From assembly GCA_025451595.1 (NCBI GenBank), contig JANWKD010000074.1, forward strand, positions 1 through 24,564: a stretch of 24,564 nucleotides of DNA, read 5' to 3'. The DNA is from Candidatus Babeliales bacterium. Lineage in GTDB: Bacteria > Babelota > Babeliae > Babelales > JANWKD01. The translations under genes and the position numbers were made by a program. Shown piece by piece: positions 8,115-16,192 of the stretch. Below the pieces are notes generated by a model, which made no database searches, was not told the DNA's origin, and saw nothing but the letters and a program-made list of their open reading frames with translations. Numbering within the stretch: the first letter of the stretch is position 1; every line of letters begins with the position of its first letter.

Positions 8115-9247
8115 TATCTTCTTACTCCTAAATCAAAGAGGAGATTCCGTAATTTTTGATTATCACCTGCGGCTTTGAACACGGTGAGTCCATCGGGATT
8201 GACCGCATTGACATGAGCGCCTGCATTAACAAGCATCCGTATAATATCCGGATAGGAATCATCCCGTGGATAAACTGCAGCTTGCATCACGGCATAAATC
8301 AACGGATAGGTAGAGTATTGAGTTCCATCCGCTAACCTAACATGGTAAAGCTCATTAATATTTATATCTTCCTGTAATAACAACTCGAGAAATGGTATTT
8401 TTGCAAATAAAATTGCAGTAGTCAAAAAACCATTAAAGAAATCTTTCTGCTCTTGCACAATTCGTTGGCCAAGCACTGATTGAGAAATTAGCCTATACAT
8501 CGCTATTTTTTTAGCTACCTCATATTTATTATCGCCAGCTGATAAACCTTGAGGCTCCTTATGCAAAATCGTTGAATAAATAGAAGTAAGTTCTTTTGTT
8601 AGAGCTGCTTGGGGGTCTTGATTATAACCTAATTTATACAAGTCGTTAATAATCTCATTTATCAACTCAAGCCGCACCCCACAACTGCCGAAAAGCCTGG
8701 CTAATAATTCTGGATTATCAAACGGTGGCGTTAAAACATACTTACGCAAGGCAATATTGAGCAAAGCTACCTCTGGGTTGTTATCAGCATCAAGCAATGC
8801 TATAACCGGAAATTGTAATTCAAAGGGTAGTTCTTGCAATAAAGAAGGAAAATTTGCATTAGGTGATTTACGCGCTATAAAATCTTGCAGTCCTTGGCAT
8901 ATCAAATCCTGCTCTATTAAATGCTGTAGCAAAAAACCTTTTAGATGTACAGGTAACTGATTTAATTTTGCCACAAACGAAAGATCACCATTAATTACTT
9001 GAGAAACTAAAAAAGCTATAACCTCATTAATTTTATTATTCTGAATAGCCGATTCCGTAACAATTTGTTGTAAGTCCCTAGGCAAATTATTAATTTCTAA
9101 TAAGCTATCGAGATTTCGCTCTTCAATTACTCTATCCATCAAGCCTTCCGCTACTGTTTTTGCCGCTAATAACTTGGCAGAAGGAACCTTGTCCATAGTA
9201 TATAGTTGACTGCTCAGACAAAACAATAACACTATTAATTTTTTCAT
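8114..9247 (-). CDS. Secreted protein with LPxxL helical repeats and C-terminal ankyrin repeats (paralog 2)
   Basis: AAGGA RBS; signal-like MKKLIVLLFCLSSQLYT. Ankyrin motifs TYPLIYAV..IIRMLVNAGAHVNAVNPDGLTVFKAA..NLLFDLGV. Confidence 0.82.
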   Translation of the reverse strand: MKKLIVLLFCLSSQLYTMDKVPSAKLLAAKTVAEGLMDRVIEERNLDSLLEINNLPRDLQQIVTESAIQNNKINEVIAFLVSQVINGDLSFVAKLNQLPVHLKGFLLQHLIEQDLICQGLQDFIARKSPNANFPSLLQELPFELQFPVIALLDADNNPEVALLNIALRKYVLTPPFDNPELLARLFGSCGVRLELINEIINDLYKLGYNQDPQAALTKELTSIYSTILHKEPQGLSAGDNKYEVAKKIAMYRLISQSVLGQRIVQEQKDFFNGFLTTAILFAKIPFLELLLQEDININELYHVRLADGTQYSTYPLIYAVMQAAVYPRDDSYPDIIRMLVNAGAHVNAVNPDGLTVFKAAGDNQKLRNLLFDLGVRR

Positions 9248-9269
9248 TATATTATCCTTTTTTAAACGC

Positions 9270-10457
9270 CTATCTTTTTGCCCCTAAACTCATTAAAAAA
9301 TTTATCAACTCTTGATTATCACTTGCGGCTTGTAATGGAGTTAGACCATTTGAATCAGTAGCATTAATATCCGCGCCAACACTAATAAATAATTTTATTA
9401 GTTCTTTTTTCCTATTTATATCCCCAGGATATAAAATTATTGCTTGTAATGGCGTGACTTCTTTATCCGGCAAAATATTTAAAATGTTGCTTATATTAAA
9501 ATCATATTCTTTAAGTTGTAATGATTCTAATGTTGATTCAAGACCTGTATCATCACCGTTATTTAAGTACGTTAAAATCAATAGACTAAGCATTATACCG
9601 ACATCATCAACTGATTTGTCTATATAGTGCGAATCCAAGATAGTACTGAAAAATTTTGGTGAAATCTTTCCATTTTTTAATAATTCATTAATTGGTGCGC
9701 TTTTAATGACATTGACAAAAGAATCAAACTCAACTGGATCAATAAGCTGACAATCAGCAAAATAATTTTTTATGCGTTCTTTAACTTCAACTGAATTTTC
9801 GTCCTCTAAATTAATATCCAGTACAAGTGCTAATTCATTCATATTTCTTGAAGATAAAGAACTAGCTAAAGTAGATACGTCGCCTGGAAAATTAGTTAAA
9901 ATACTCGAATCTTTATATTTTGCTATCAATAGGGCAAGCGCTCGAACAATACTACAGGTAATTACTTTTCGTAATGTTTCATTAGTTATTGACGATATTA
10001 ACAATTGATTCAAATCATTACCTTCAATGACTTTTTGTATTAGAATTAATGGCAAAATATTGGGCTGACGCAGATAATGATTATATTTGTCGAAAAAAAT
10101 TTCATTTAATGGACTCGGTAGTTGTTGCAATTGCTTACTAAAAAATTCAATTGGACCATCCACTTTAAAAGCATCTAGGTCTATTCCTTTGTTGTTAAAT
10201 ATTTGCAAATCTAAAAAACGTCTTATTATTTCGTCTGATGCTTGAGCAATTTTCGTTAAAAAAGGTTCTGTTATGTCGGATGGATATTGAAAAAAAGTAA
10301 TTAATGGCATCAAATTGCCGGTTTCTATTACTTCAGCTATTATTTGATCAACTAACGTTTTGGTAGCTTGCAACGAAGCCTGAGCTTTTCTGGTTACTGC
10401 ACCTACATAGTTATTGATAAACATTAAACAAAATAAAAATATCAATTTCTTTAACAT
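9270..10457 (-). CDS. Secreted protein with helical repeats and C-terminal ankyrin repeats (paralog 1)
   Basis: AAGGA RBS at 10464-10468 (minus); signal-like MLKKLIFLFCLMFINNYVGA. Ankyrin motifs VTPLQAII..LIKLFISVGADINATDSNGLTPLQAA..NFLMSLGA. Confidence 0.82.
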   Translation of the reverse strand: MLKKLIFLFCLMFINNYVGAVTRKAQASLQATKTLVDQIIAEVIETGNLMPLITFFQYPSDITEPFLTKIAQASDEIIRRFLDLQIFNNKGIDLDAFKVDGPIEFFSKQLQQLPSPLNEIFFDKYNHYLRQPNILPLILIQKVIEGNDLNQLLISSITNETLRKVITCSIVRALALLIAKYKDSSILTNFPGDVSTLASSLSSRNMNELALVLDINLEDENSVEVKERIKNYFADCQLIDPVEFDSFVNVIKSAPINELLKNGKISPKFFSTILDSHYIDKSVDDVGIMLSLLILTYLNNGDDTGLESTLESLQLKEYDFNISNILNILPDKEVTPLQAIILYPGDINRKKELIKLFISVGADINATDSNGLTPLQAASDNQELINFLMSLGAKR

Positions 10458-10499
10458 ATTTTATCCTTTCAATTATCTTAAGTTCTCTATTTGTATACT

Positions 10500-10508
10500 A
10501 GTATACCA
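10500..10508 (-). promoter_or_regulatory. Putative extended -10 promoter (TGGTATACT) for the ankyrin array
   Basis: Minus strand reads TG-G-TATACT about 43 nt upstream of the ATG at 10457; no convincing -35. Confidence 0.45.
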
Positions 10509-10554
10509 AAATCAATCATCGTTTTTAAATAATAAGATTTCTATTTGAATTAAA

Positions 10555-10582
10555 TTGCCAATATGTAAAATAATGGTATACT
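10555..10582 (+). promoter_or_regulatory. Putative sigma70 promoter for uvrC-clpB
   Basis: TTGCCA (10555-10560), 16-nt spacer, TATACT (10577-10582) preceded by a TGn extended -10. Confidence 0.6.
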
Positions 10583-10670
10583 GTTAAAAACAGGTATTTA
10601 TACCTTATTCTACTTGGGCCAGCAACCTCTGGCTTTTAAGCCGGGGAGCGCTTCATTTAAGAAAAAAATT

Positions 10671-11936
10671 ATGGAAAGAATTGATTACAAAACCTTACCT
10701 TCATTACCTGGCATCTATCTGTTCAAGCAGAACGACACTATTTTATACGTTGGTAAGGCTAAATGTCTTAAAAAACGAGTGACCTCCTATTTTCAAAAAA
10801 AAGGGACTGACTGGAAAATAGATATGCTCCTGCAAGAACATACCCATATTGAGCATATTGTAACTCATTCTGAATCTGACGCGTTGCTCCTCGAGGCACA
10901 ATTAATTCGTGACAATAAGCCCAAATTTAATGTATTGCTCAAAAACGGTCAGCCTTTCTTATATATTATGGTAAGCTCAAAACCATTACCCACGCTTGAA
11001 TTGGTGCGTAATAAAAAGGATAAAGGTATCTATTTTGGGCCATTTTTACATAAAATACCTGCACGGAGCGTCTATAATTATGTAATACGAGTTTTTAAAT
11101 TATGGTTATGCAAATCGAGTATTACTCAAGGCTGTCTTGATTACCACTTGGGTCGCTGTGCGGGCAACTGTCTTAAAGAAAATTTTGACAAAGAAGGTTA
11201 TTTATTCAGATTAGAACTTGTCCAGCAACTCTTAAAGGGCAATTACAAGCAATCACTCAAAGCTCTTGAGACCCAAATCAAAGAATTGAATAAAAAATTA
11301 GAATTTGAAAAAGCACAACATCTACACCAATACGTTCAACACTTGGAAATCATTTTTGACACGTTGCAAGCAAAATTCTCAGAAAAAAAGTATCGTCGCG
11401 AAATTGTTGATCGTACCGTGCCGAGTGTGATACATAATTATGAGCAAGTAAGCCAGCAGTTACAGCAATTATTTAACTTACCACGCAAGCCCCGCACAAT
11501 CGATTGTTTTGATATTTCGCATTTTCAAAGCAGTTATATTGTAGGTTCTTGTATTCGCTTTACCAACGGTAAACCAGATAAAAATATGTTTCGGCGATTT
11601 AGAGTGAGAACACTACAGAAGCAAAACGATTACGCTGCATTGCAAGAGATTGTGAGCAGACGGTACAAACATGTTTCAGAAATCCCTGATTTGGTGCTTA
11701 TTGATGGTGGCAAAGGACAATTAAATGCAGTCAAAGATATTGCTTCAACGACATGCATTAGTTTGGCAAAACGTGAAGAACGAATCTTTAGTGCAAACTT
11801 GCAAGAAGGTATCGTATTAGATGTCAAAACAGATTTAGGAAAATTACTGATCGCATTGCGTGATTATGCTCATCATTTTGCTGTTAGCTATCATCGCAAT
11901 CGCCGTCATAACGCATTAGAAAAGGAACAGCTATGA
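10671..11936 (+). CDS. uvrC: Excinuclease ABC subunit C, compact form without C-terminal HhH domains
   Basis: GIY-YIG (PGIYLF..LYVGKAK.LKKRVTSYF), Cys cluster (CLDYHLGRCAGNC), UVR coiled coil (LEFEKAQ), RNase H-like domain (IDCFDISH, NDYAAL, PDLVLIDGGKGQL). ATG at 10671 preferred to the TTG at 10614 because the domain starts immediately after it. Confidence 0.95.
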   Translation: MERIDYKTLPSLPGIYLFKQNDTILYVGKAKCLKKRVTSYFQKKGTDWKIDMLLQEHTHIEHIVTHSESDALLLEAQLIRDNKPKFNVLLKNGQPFLYIMVSSKPLPTLELVRNKKDKGIYFGPFLHKIPARSVYNYVIRVFKLWLCKSSITQGCLDYHLGRCAGNCLKENFDKEGYLFRLELVQQLLKGNYKQSLKALETQIKELNKKLEFEKAQHLHQYVQHLEIIFDTLQAKFSEKKYRREIVDRTVPSVIHNYEQVSQQLQQLFNLPRKPRTIDCFDISHFQSSYIVGSCIRFTNGKPDKNMFRRFRVRTLQKQNDYAALQEIVSRRYKHVSEIPDLVLIDGGKGQLNAVKDIASTTCISLAKREERIFSANLQEGIVLDVKTDLGKLLIALRDYAHHFAVSYHRNRRHNALEKEQL

Positions 11937-14494
11937 ATCCAGAACAGTTTACTATGTCAAGCCAAGAACTTTTAAACTTGAGCATTATGCTTGCGCAAGA
12001 ACATCATAATCCCTCGTTAGAGCCATTGCATACGTTAGCAGCCGGCATTCACAATGAATTTTGCAAATCAGCATTCGCTGTATTGCAAATTCCTACCGCG
12101 CCGCTACAAGAACTAATTAATCAAGAATTAAAAAAACTACCGACGGCACAAGGAACTCAGCTAACAGCGAGCCATACTTTTGAACAGTTTACGCAAGAAT
12201 TAAAAAAAGAAGCTGATGCACTCAAAGATAACTACATTAGCTTAGAACATTTTTTACTGTGTTGGGCAAGCACTTCTTATCTACCAACCAGCATTAAGGA
12301 TTTTTTTAAACAATCACAATTTAATAAAACACGTATTTTAGAGCACATGAAAACTATGCGCAAGGGTAAAACCGTGAACGATAAAAATGCTGAAAAACAG
12401 TACCAAGTATTAGAAAAATATTGCATTAACGTAACTGAACAAGCTCGTAATGGACAACTCGATCCAGTAATCGGACGCCATGAAGAAATCCGTCGCGTGG
12501 TACAGATTTTATCACGTCGAACTAAAAATAATCCGGTGCTCATCGGTGAACCCGGGGTGGGCAAAACGGCTATTGTCGAAGGCATTGCCCAACGTATTAT
12601 CAATAACGATGTACCAGAAAGCTTGCGAGGCAAAGTAATTTATGCGCTTGACCTTGGCTTGTTGATCGCTGGTGCCAAAGATCAAGGTGAGTTTGAAGAA
12701 CGATTAAAAGGTATTTTAAAAGAAATAGAAGAACGACCGGACGAAGTTATTTTATTTATCGATGAATTGCATATGCTTGTTGGAGCTGGTGCTACCGGCG
12801 GCGGCATGGATGCTTCGAATCTATTAAAGCCCGCACTCGCACGTGGCCAATTACACTGCATAGGCGCAACGACACTCAAAGAGTACAAAAAATATATCGA
12901 AAAAGATGCTGCACTCGAACGGCGATTTCAAAAAGTATTCGTTGAAGAGCCGAGTCTAGAAGACGCTATTTCTATTTTGCGAGGACTCAAAGAACGATAC
13001 GAACTACATCATGGTATTCGAATTAAAGATCAAGCGCTTGTAGATGCGGTACTTCTTTCAGCGCGCAACATACCGGATCGTTTCTTGCCTGATAAAGCAA
13101 TTGATTTAGTTGACGAAGCAGCTGCGATGGTCAAAATGTCCATCGATTCACATCCGGTAGAAATTGACCAACTTGAACGGAGAATACGTCAATTGGAAAT
13201 TGAAAAAGTAGCGTTGCAAAAAGAAAAAGGGAATGGTTCCACAAAGCAAAAGCTCGAACATCTTGAACAAGAGCTCTCACAGCTAAAAGAAAAACATCAA
13301 ACCGTGCTTAATCAATGGAAAGCTGAAAAAGCACCTCTCGAGCGTATTAATAAAATCAAAGAAAGCATTGAACTTGCACAATTACAATTCCAACAAGCAG
13401 AACGTGAAGGCGACTTTGCAAAAGCTTCAGAAATTAAATATGGCAAGCTGGTCAAACTCGAACAGGAATTGATCAATGAGCAAGAACGTCTGAAGGAACT
13501 ACCTACCCAAATGATCAAACAACAAGTTGATGAGCATGACATTGCTGCAGTTCTATCGCGCTGGACTGGTATTCCGGTGGAGAAATTACAAACTACCGAA
13601 ATGCAAAAACTCCTCAACATGCAAGCAATACTCCAAAAACGTGTTGTCGGCCAGGACGAGGCTATTGAAAAGGTTGCGCATGCTATTCAAATGCATCGAG
13701 CAGGGCTGACTGACCCCAATCGCCCCATTGGTTCATTCTTATTTTTAGGACCTACGGGTGTTGGTAAAACTGAAGTGGCCAAAACGCTTGCTGATTTTTT
13801 ATTTAATAATCCACGTCGGCTCATTCGCATTGATATGTCAGAATACATGGAAAAACATGCGGTAGCACGGTTAATTGGTGCTCCTCCTGGTTATGTTGGT
13901 TATGAAGAAGGTGGCCAATTGACAGAGCAAGTACGACAGCATCCGTACAGCGTACTACTATTTGATGAAATAGAAAAAGCACACCCTGACGTATTTAATA
14001 TTTTCTTGCAAATCCTTGATGAAGGCCATTTGACCGACAGCCAAGGGCGCACTGTTTCATTTAAAAACTGCATTGTTATTATGACCTCGAATATCGGATC
14101 TGACATTATTTTAAAATCACCAGAGATTACGCAAGAAGTTCAAGATCAGATTGAACAGTTACTACACAAAACATTCCGTCCTGAATTTTTAAATCGTATT
14201 GACGCTATTGCATTTTTCAGACGCCTTACTCAAGCTGATGTTGAAAAAATTGCATATATTCAGTTGCGTGAACTTGAAAAGCGACTTGCAGATAAAGAAG
14301 TTAGTCTGTCTATTTCAGATGAAGCAATAAAAAAAATTGCTGAACTTGGCTTTGAGCCTGAATTTGGCGCGCGACCATTAAAACGTGCAATACAACATTA
14401 TATCACCGTGCCACTTTCTCAATTTATCTTAAAACATCCTGAAACAAAACATGTTTCTGTCGATATCAAACAAGACCAGTTTATTATAGAGTAA
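11933..14494 (+). CDS. clpB: ATP-dependent disaggregase ClpB
   Basis: Clp N-domain, NBD1 ([22 protein letters not shown]), coiled-coil M domain, NBD2 ([49 protein letters not shown]). ATGA overlap with uvrC. Confidence 0.97.
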   Translation: MNPEQFTMSSQELLNLSIMLAQEHHNPSLEPLHTLAAGIHNEFCKSAFAVLQIPTAPLQELINQELKKLPTAQGTQLTASHTFEQFTQELKKEADALKDNYISLEHFLLCWASTSYLPTSIKDFFKQSQFNKTRILEHMKTMRKGKTVNDKNAEKQYQVLEKYCINVTEQARNGQLDPVIGRHEEIRRVVQILSRRTKNNPVLIGEPGVGKTAIVEGIAQRIINNDVPESLRGKVIYALDLGLLIAGAKDQGEFEERLKGILKEIEERPDEVILFIDELHMLVGAGATGGGMDASNLLKPALARGQLHCIGATTLKEYKKYIEKDAALERRFQKVFVEEPSLEDAISILRGLKERYELHHGIRIKDQALVDAVLLSARNIPDRFLPDKAIDLVDEAAAMVKMSIDSHPVEIDQLERRIRQLEIEKVALQKEKGNGSTKQKLEHLEQELSQLKEKHQTVLNQWKAEKAPLERINKIKESIELAQLQFQQAEREGDFAKASEIKYGKLVKLEQELINEQERLKELPTQMIKQQVDEHDIAAVLSRWTGIPVEKLQTTEMQKLLNMQAILQKRVVGQDEAIEKVAHAIQMHRAGLTDPNRPIGSFLFLGPTGVGKTEVAKTLADFLFNNPRRLIRIDMSEYMEKHAVARLIGAPPGYVGYEEGGQLTEQVRQHPYSVLLFDEIEKAHPDVFNIFLQILDEGHLTDSQGRTVSFKNCIVIMTSNIGSDIILKSPEITQEVQDQIEQLLHKTFRPEFLNRIDAIAFFRRLTQADVEKIAYIQLRELEKRLADKEVSLSISDEAIKKIAELGFEPEFGARPLKRAIQHYITVPLSQFILKHPETKHVSVDIKQDQFIIE

Positions 14495-14498
14495 GATC

Positions 14499-14540
14499 AT
14501 CCCCCCATTTTGATGTCCAAAATCAGAATGGGGGATAATT
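14499..14540. terminator. Intrinsic, probably bidirectional, terminator between convergent genes
   Basis: CCCCCATTTTGAT (14502-14514) pairs with ATCAGAATGGGGG (14522-14534) as a 13-bp stem with one G-U pair and a 7-nt loop, just after the clpB stop; followed by ATAATTTT. Confidence 0.75.
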
Positions 14541-14613
14541 TTACAGTCTCAACTTACGGTTGAGTTGTAGACAAGCTGAAGACAACTCAGTGATATCAGT
14601 TTTTCCACAATAA

Positions 14614-15186
14614 TTATTTACTTATAAATTGCCGAACAAAAGATATTATTTCATGGCTTTCTATTGTTATATTTGAAACAATTATCGTGGGATAGCCAAA
14701 TTTTTTGGAATAGAAAATAGTCAGTTTTCCTGAAAAAGTTGTTTGCTTGTTGAGTAAGGATGTATCTTTCACTCGAATGCCTACAGCATCACCTGACTTA
14801 TATGGTATTCCTAAGTAATAATCAACTTCAGAAATATTACTCCACGGAATAAAGCCAAAATGCTTAATAAACATCCCTCTTGAATTAACAATAATAACAG
14901 GAATTGTGCTTTTAGAAAGAAAAAAATTGTAAACAAATGCAAACGCAAGAGAAACGATAAAAAATATAATTAAAGCTTTTAATGAAAATATAACATAATA
15001 ACCTATATCGCTGATAAACCATGGATTCGTTTTAAAAAAGCAAAACAAAACATTTGCGATAAAGCTCCATAAAACGTATATACCGTAGTGATACATGTAA
15101 AATAATGCGGCGATAGGTATTAATATATATCCACTTTGTATGAGTTTTTTATCATAATAAGCAATGAGTTCTTTATTTCCATGCAT
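14614..15186 (-). CDS. Membrane protein, two TM helices followed by a bacterial PH-like domain (STM3941-like)
   Basis: ATG at 15186 preferred to the TTG at 15249. Hydrophobic segments, then PVIIVNSRGMFIKHFGFIPWSNISEV, the I-x-x-x-G...IPW-x-x-I pattern of bacterial PH domains. Confidence 0.65.
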   Translation of the reverse strand: MHGNKELIAYYDKKLIQSGYILIPIAALFYMYHYGIYVLWSFIANVLFCFFKTNPWFISDIGYYVIFSLKALIIFFIVSLAFAFVYNFFLSKSTIPVIIVNSRGMFIKHFGFIPWSNISEVDYYLGIPYKSGDAVGIRVKDTSLLNKQTTFSGKLTIFYSKKFGYPTIIVSNITIESHEIISFVRQFISK

Positions 15187-15364
15187 GATTATTTTTTCAT
15201 AAGCAAAAAAACTTGAATTTATTAAACTCACAATCCCCAACCTTTTCAAGGCTAGGCCAAACCATTTTCAGGATCTCCGTAATACACCTAATAAATATCC
15301 TATAAAAGCAAAATATAATCGCTGAGTTGTAATTTCACTATTTCTTTTGAATCTTTGCATGTAT

Positions 15365-16003
15365 TTATGGTAAGAACGGGATTGCGGTAAATATAGCTCC
15401 TACCGCAGCCGATGCAGTTTCAACAGCAGCTATTGCACCAGTGATACTACCTGCGCTTGTAACGACAGCGGTAGTCGCTAGAGCTGCTTCTGTTGTAAGC
15501 CCCGCTCCCGCAATAGTACCAGCGACTACTGTTACTCCGGTGCTTACCGAAGCTGTTGTGGCAGCAATTGTACCGCCAACTACTCCTCCAGCCAGACCAC
15601 CTGTTGCTACGACAATAGTTCCTGTTGCGGCAACTGCAGTACCATAACATAATGTTTTAGTGAACCAATAAGCGATAGCACCCGATATCGGTCCGCCGCC
15701 TAAACCACGAACTTTTGCTTTAAGGATAAATTGATTATCGCTCATCTTGTTTAATGAAACATAGCCAACCTTTAGGAACTCTTTAAATTGCTTATCATTC
15801 ATTTTACGAAGCATCGGATCAGTAAATGCTTTCTGTACTACATGATGCTTCCCATCTTCTATAACAAGAAACCCATTTTTATGGCGAATTAATGCTGAAC
15901 CTTTCATAACGTTTGGTATAAAAATAGAATTCTCTTTAGACCTCATAGCTAATGATAGCTGGGAAATTAATAATACGGCTAAAAGGTAACGTTTAAAGCC
16001 CAT
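15365..16003 (-). CDS. Secreted precursor: signal peptide, polar pro-domain, RGLGG|G motif, long G/A/T/V-rich hydrophobic C-terminal half (bacteriocin-like)
   Basis: AAAGGT RBS 5 nt before the ATG at 16003 (16009 is a TTG). Signal-like MGFKRYLLAVLLISQLSLA. KAKVRGLGGGP includes 15692-15709; the last ~109 aa are almost uncharged. Confidence 0.75.
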   Translation of the reverse strand: MGFKRYLLAVLLISQLSLAMRSKENSIFIPNVMKGSALIRHKNGFLVIEDGKHHVVQKAFTDPMLRKMNDKQFKEFLKVGYVSLNKMSDNQFILKAKVRGLGGGPISGAIAYWFTKTLCYGTAVAATGTIVVATGGLAGGVVGGTIAATTASVSTGVTVVAGTIAGAGLTTEAALATTAVVTSAGSITGAIAAVETASAAVGAIFTAIPFLP

Positions 16004-16108
16004 ATGCAACCTTTCGATATGCCATTGATCGAATTATATAATTTTAAATAATTGGTTGTTTCCGTCTGGAAAGATTTTATATTTTAAGACTTAGTAAACA
16101 AGGATATA

Positions 16109-16117
16109 TGATATAAT
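16109..16117 (+). promoter_or_regulatory. Putative extended -10 promoter (TGATATAAT) for the Hint toxin operon
   Basis: Perfect TG-n-TATAAT 75 nt upstream of the ATG at 16193; no clear -35; AT-rich background lowers specificity. Confidence 0.5.
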
Positions 16118-16192
16118 TTTTTTGTCTTGAAATTTTTTTAATATCGTGCTCATATTTTTTTAGTTAAATCTTTTAAAAAATGAGAAAAAAAT

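Noticed and set aside
10614-10670. ORF-track N-terminal extensions (uvrC from 10614; also starts at 15249, 16009 and 20621)
   Set aside because: These use alternative start codons or overlap other genes. Downstream ATGs at 10671, 15186, 16003 and 20471 fit the domain starts or signal peptides, and two have clear RBSs.
10460-10670. CIRCE/HrcA operator upstream of the clpB operon
   Set aside because: No TTAGCACTC-N9-GAGTGCTAA or close variant found.
12277-14106. Antisense ORFs inside clpB (also those inside ORF1, ORF2, uvrC, tpiA, mlaE/F, moxR and the Hint toxin)
   Set aside because: Fully nested in or opposite well-supported genes, with no recognisable motifs; expected by chance.
15441-15650. 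ORFs 15441-15647 (+) and 15447-15650 (-), Cys/Arg-rich or Ala/Pro-rich
   Set aside because: Shadow frames of the Gly/Ala/Thr-rich coding region, which lacks stops in other frames; no RBS.
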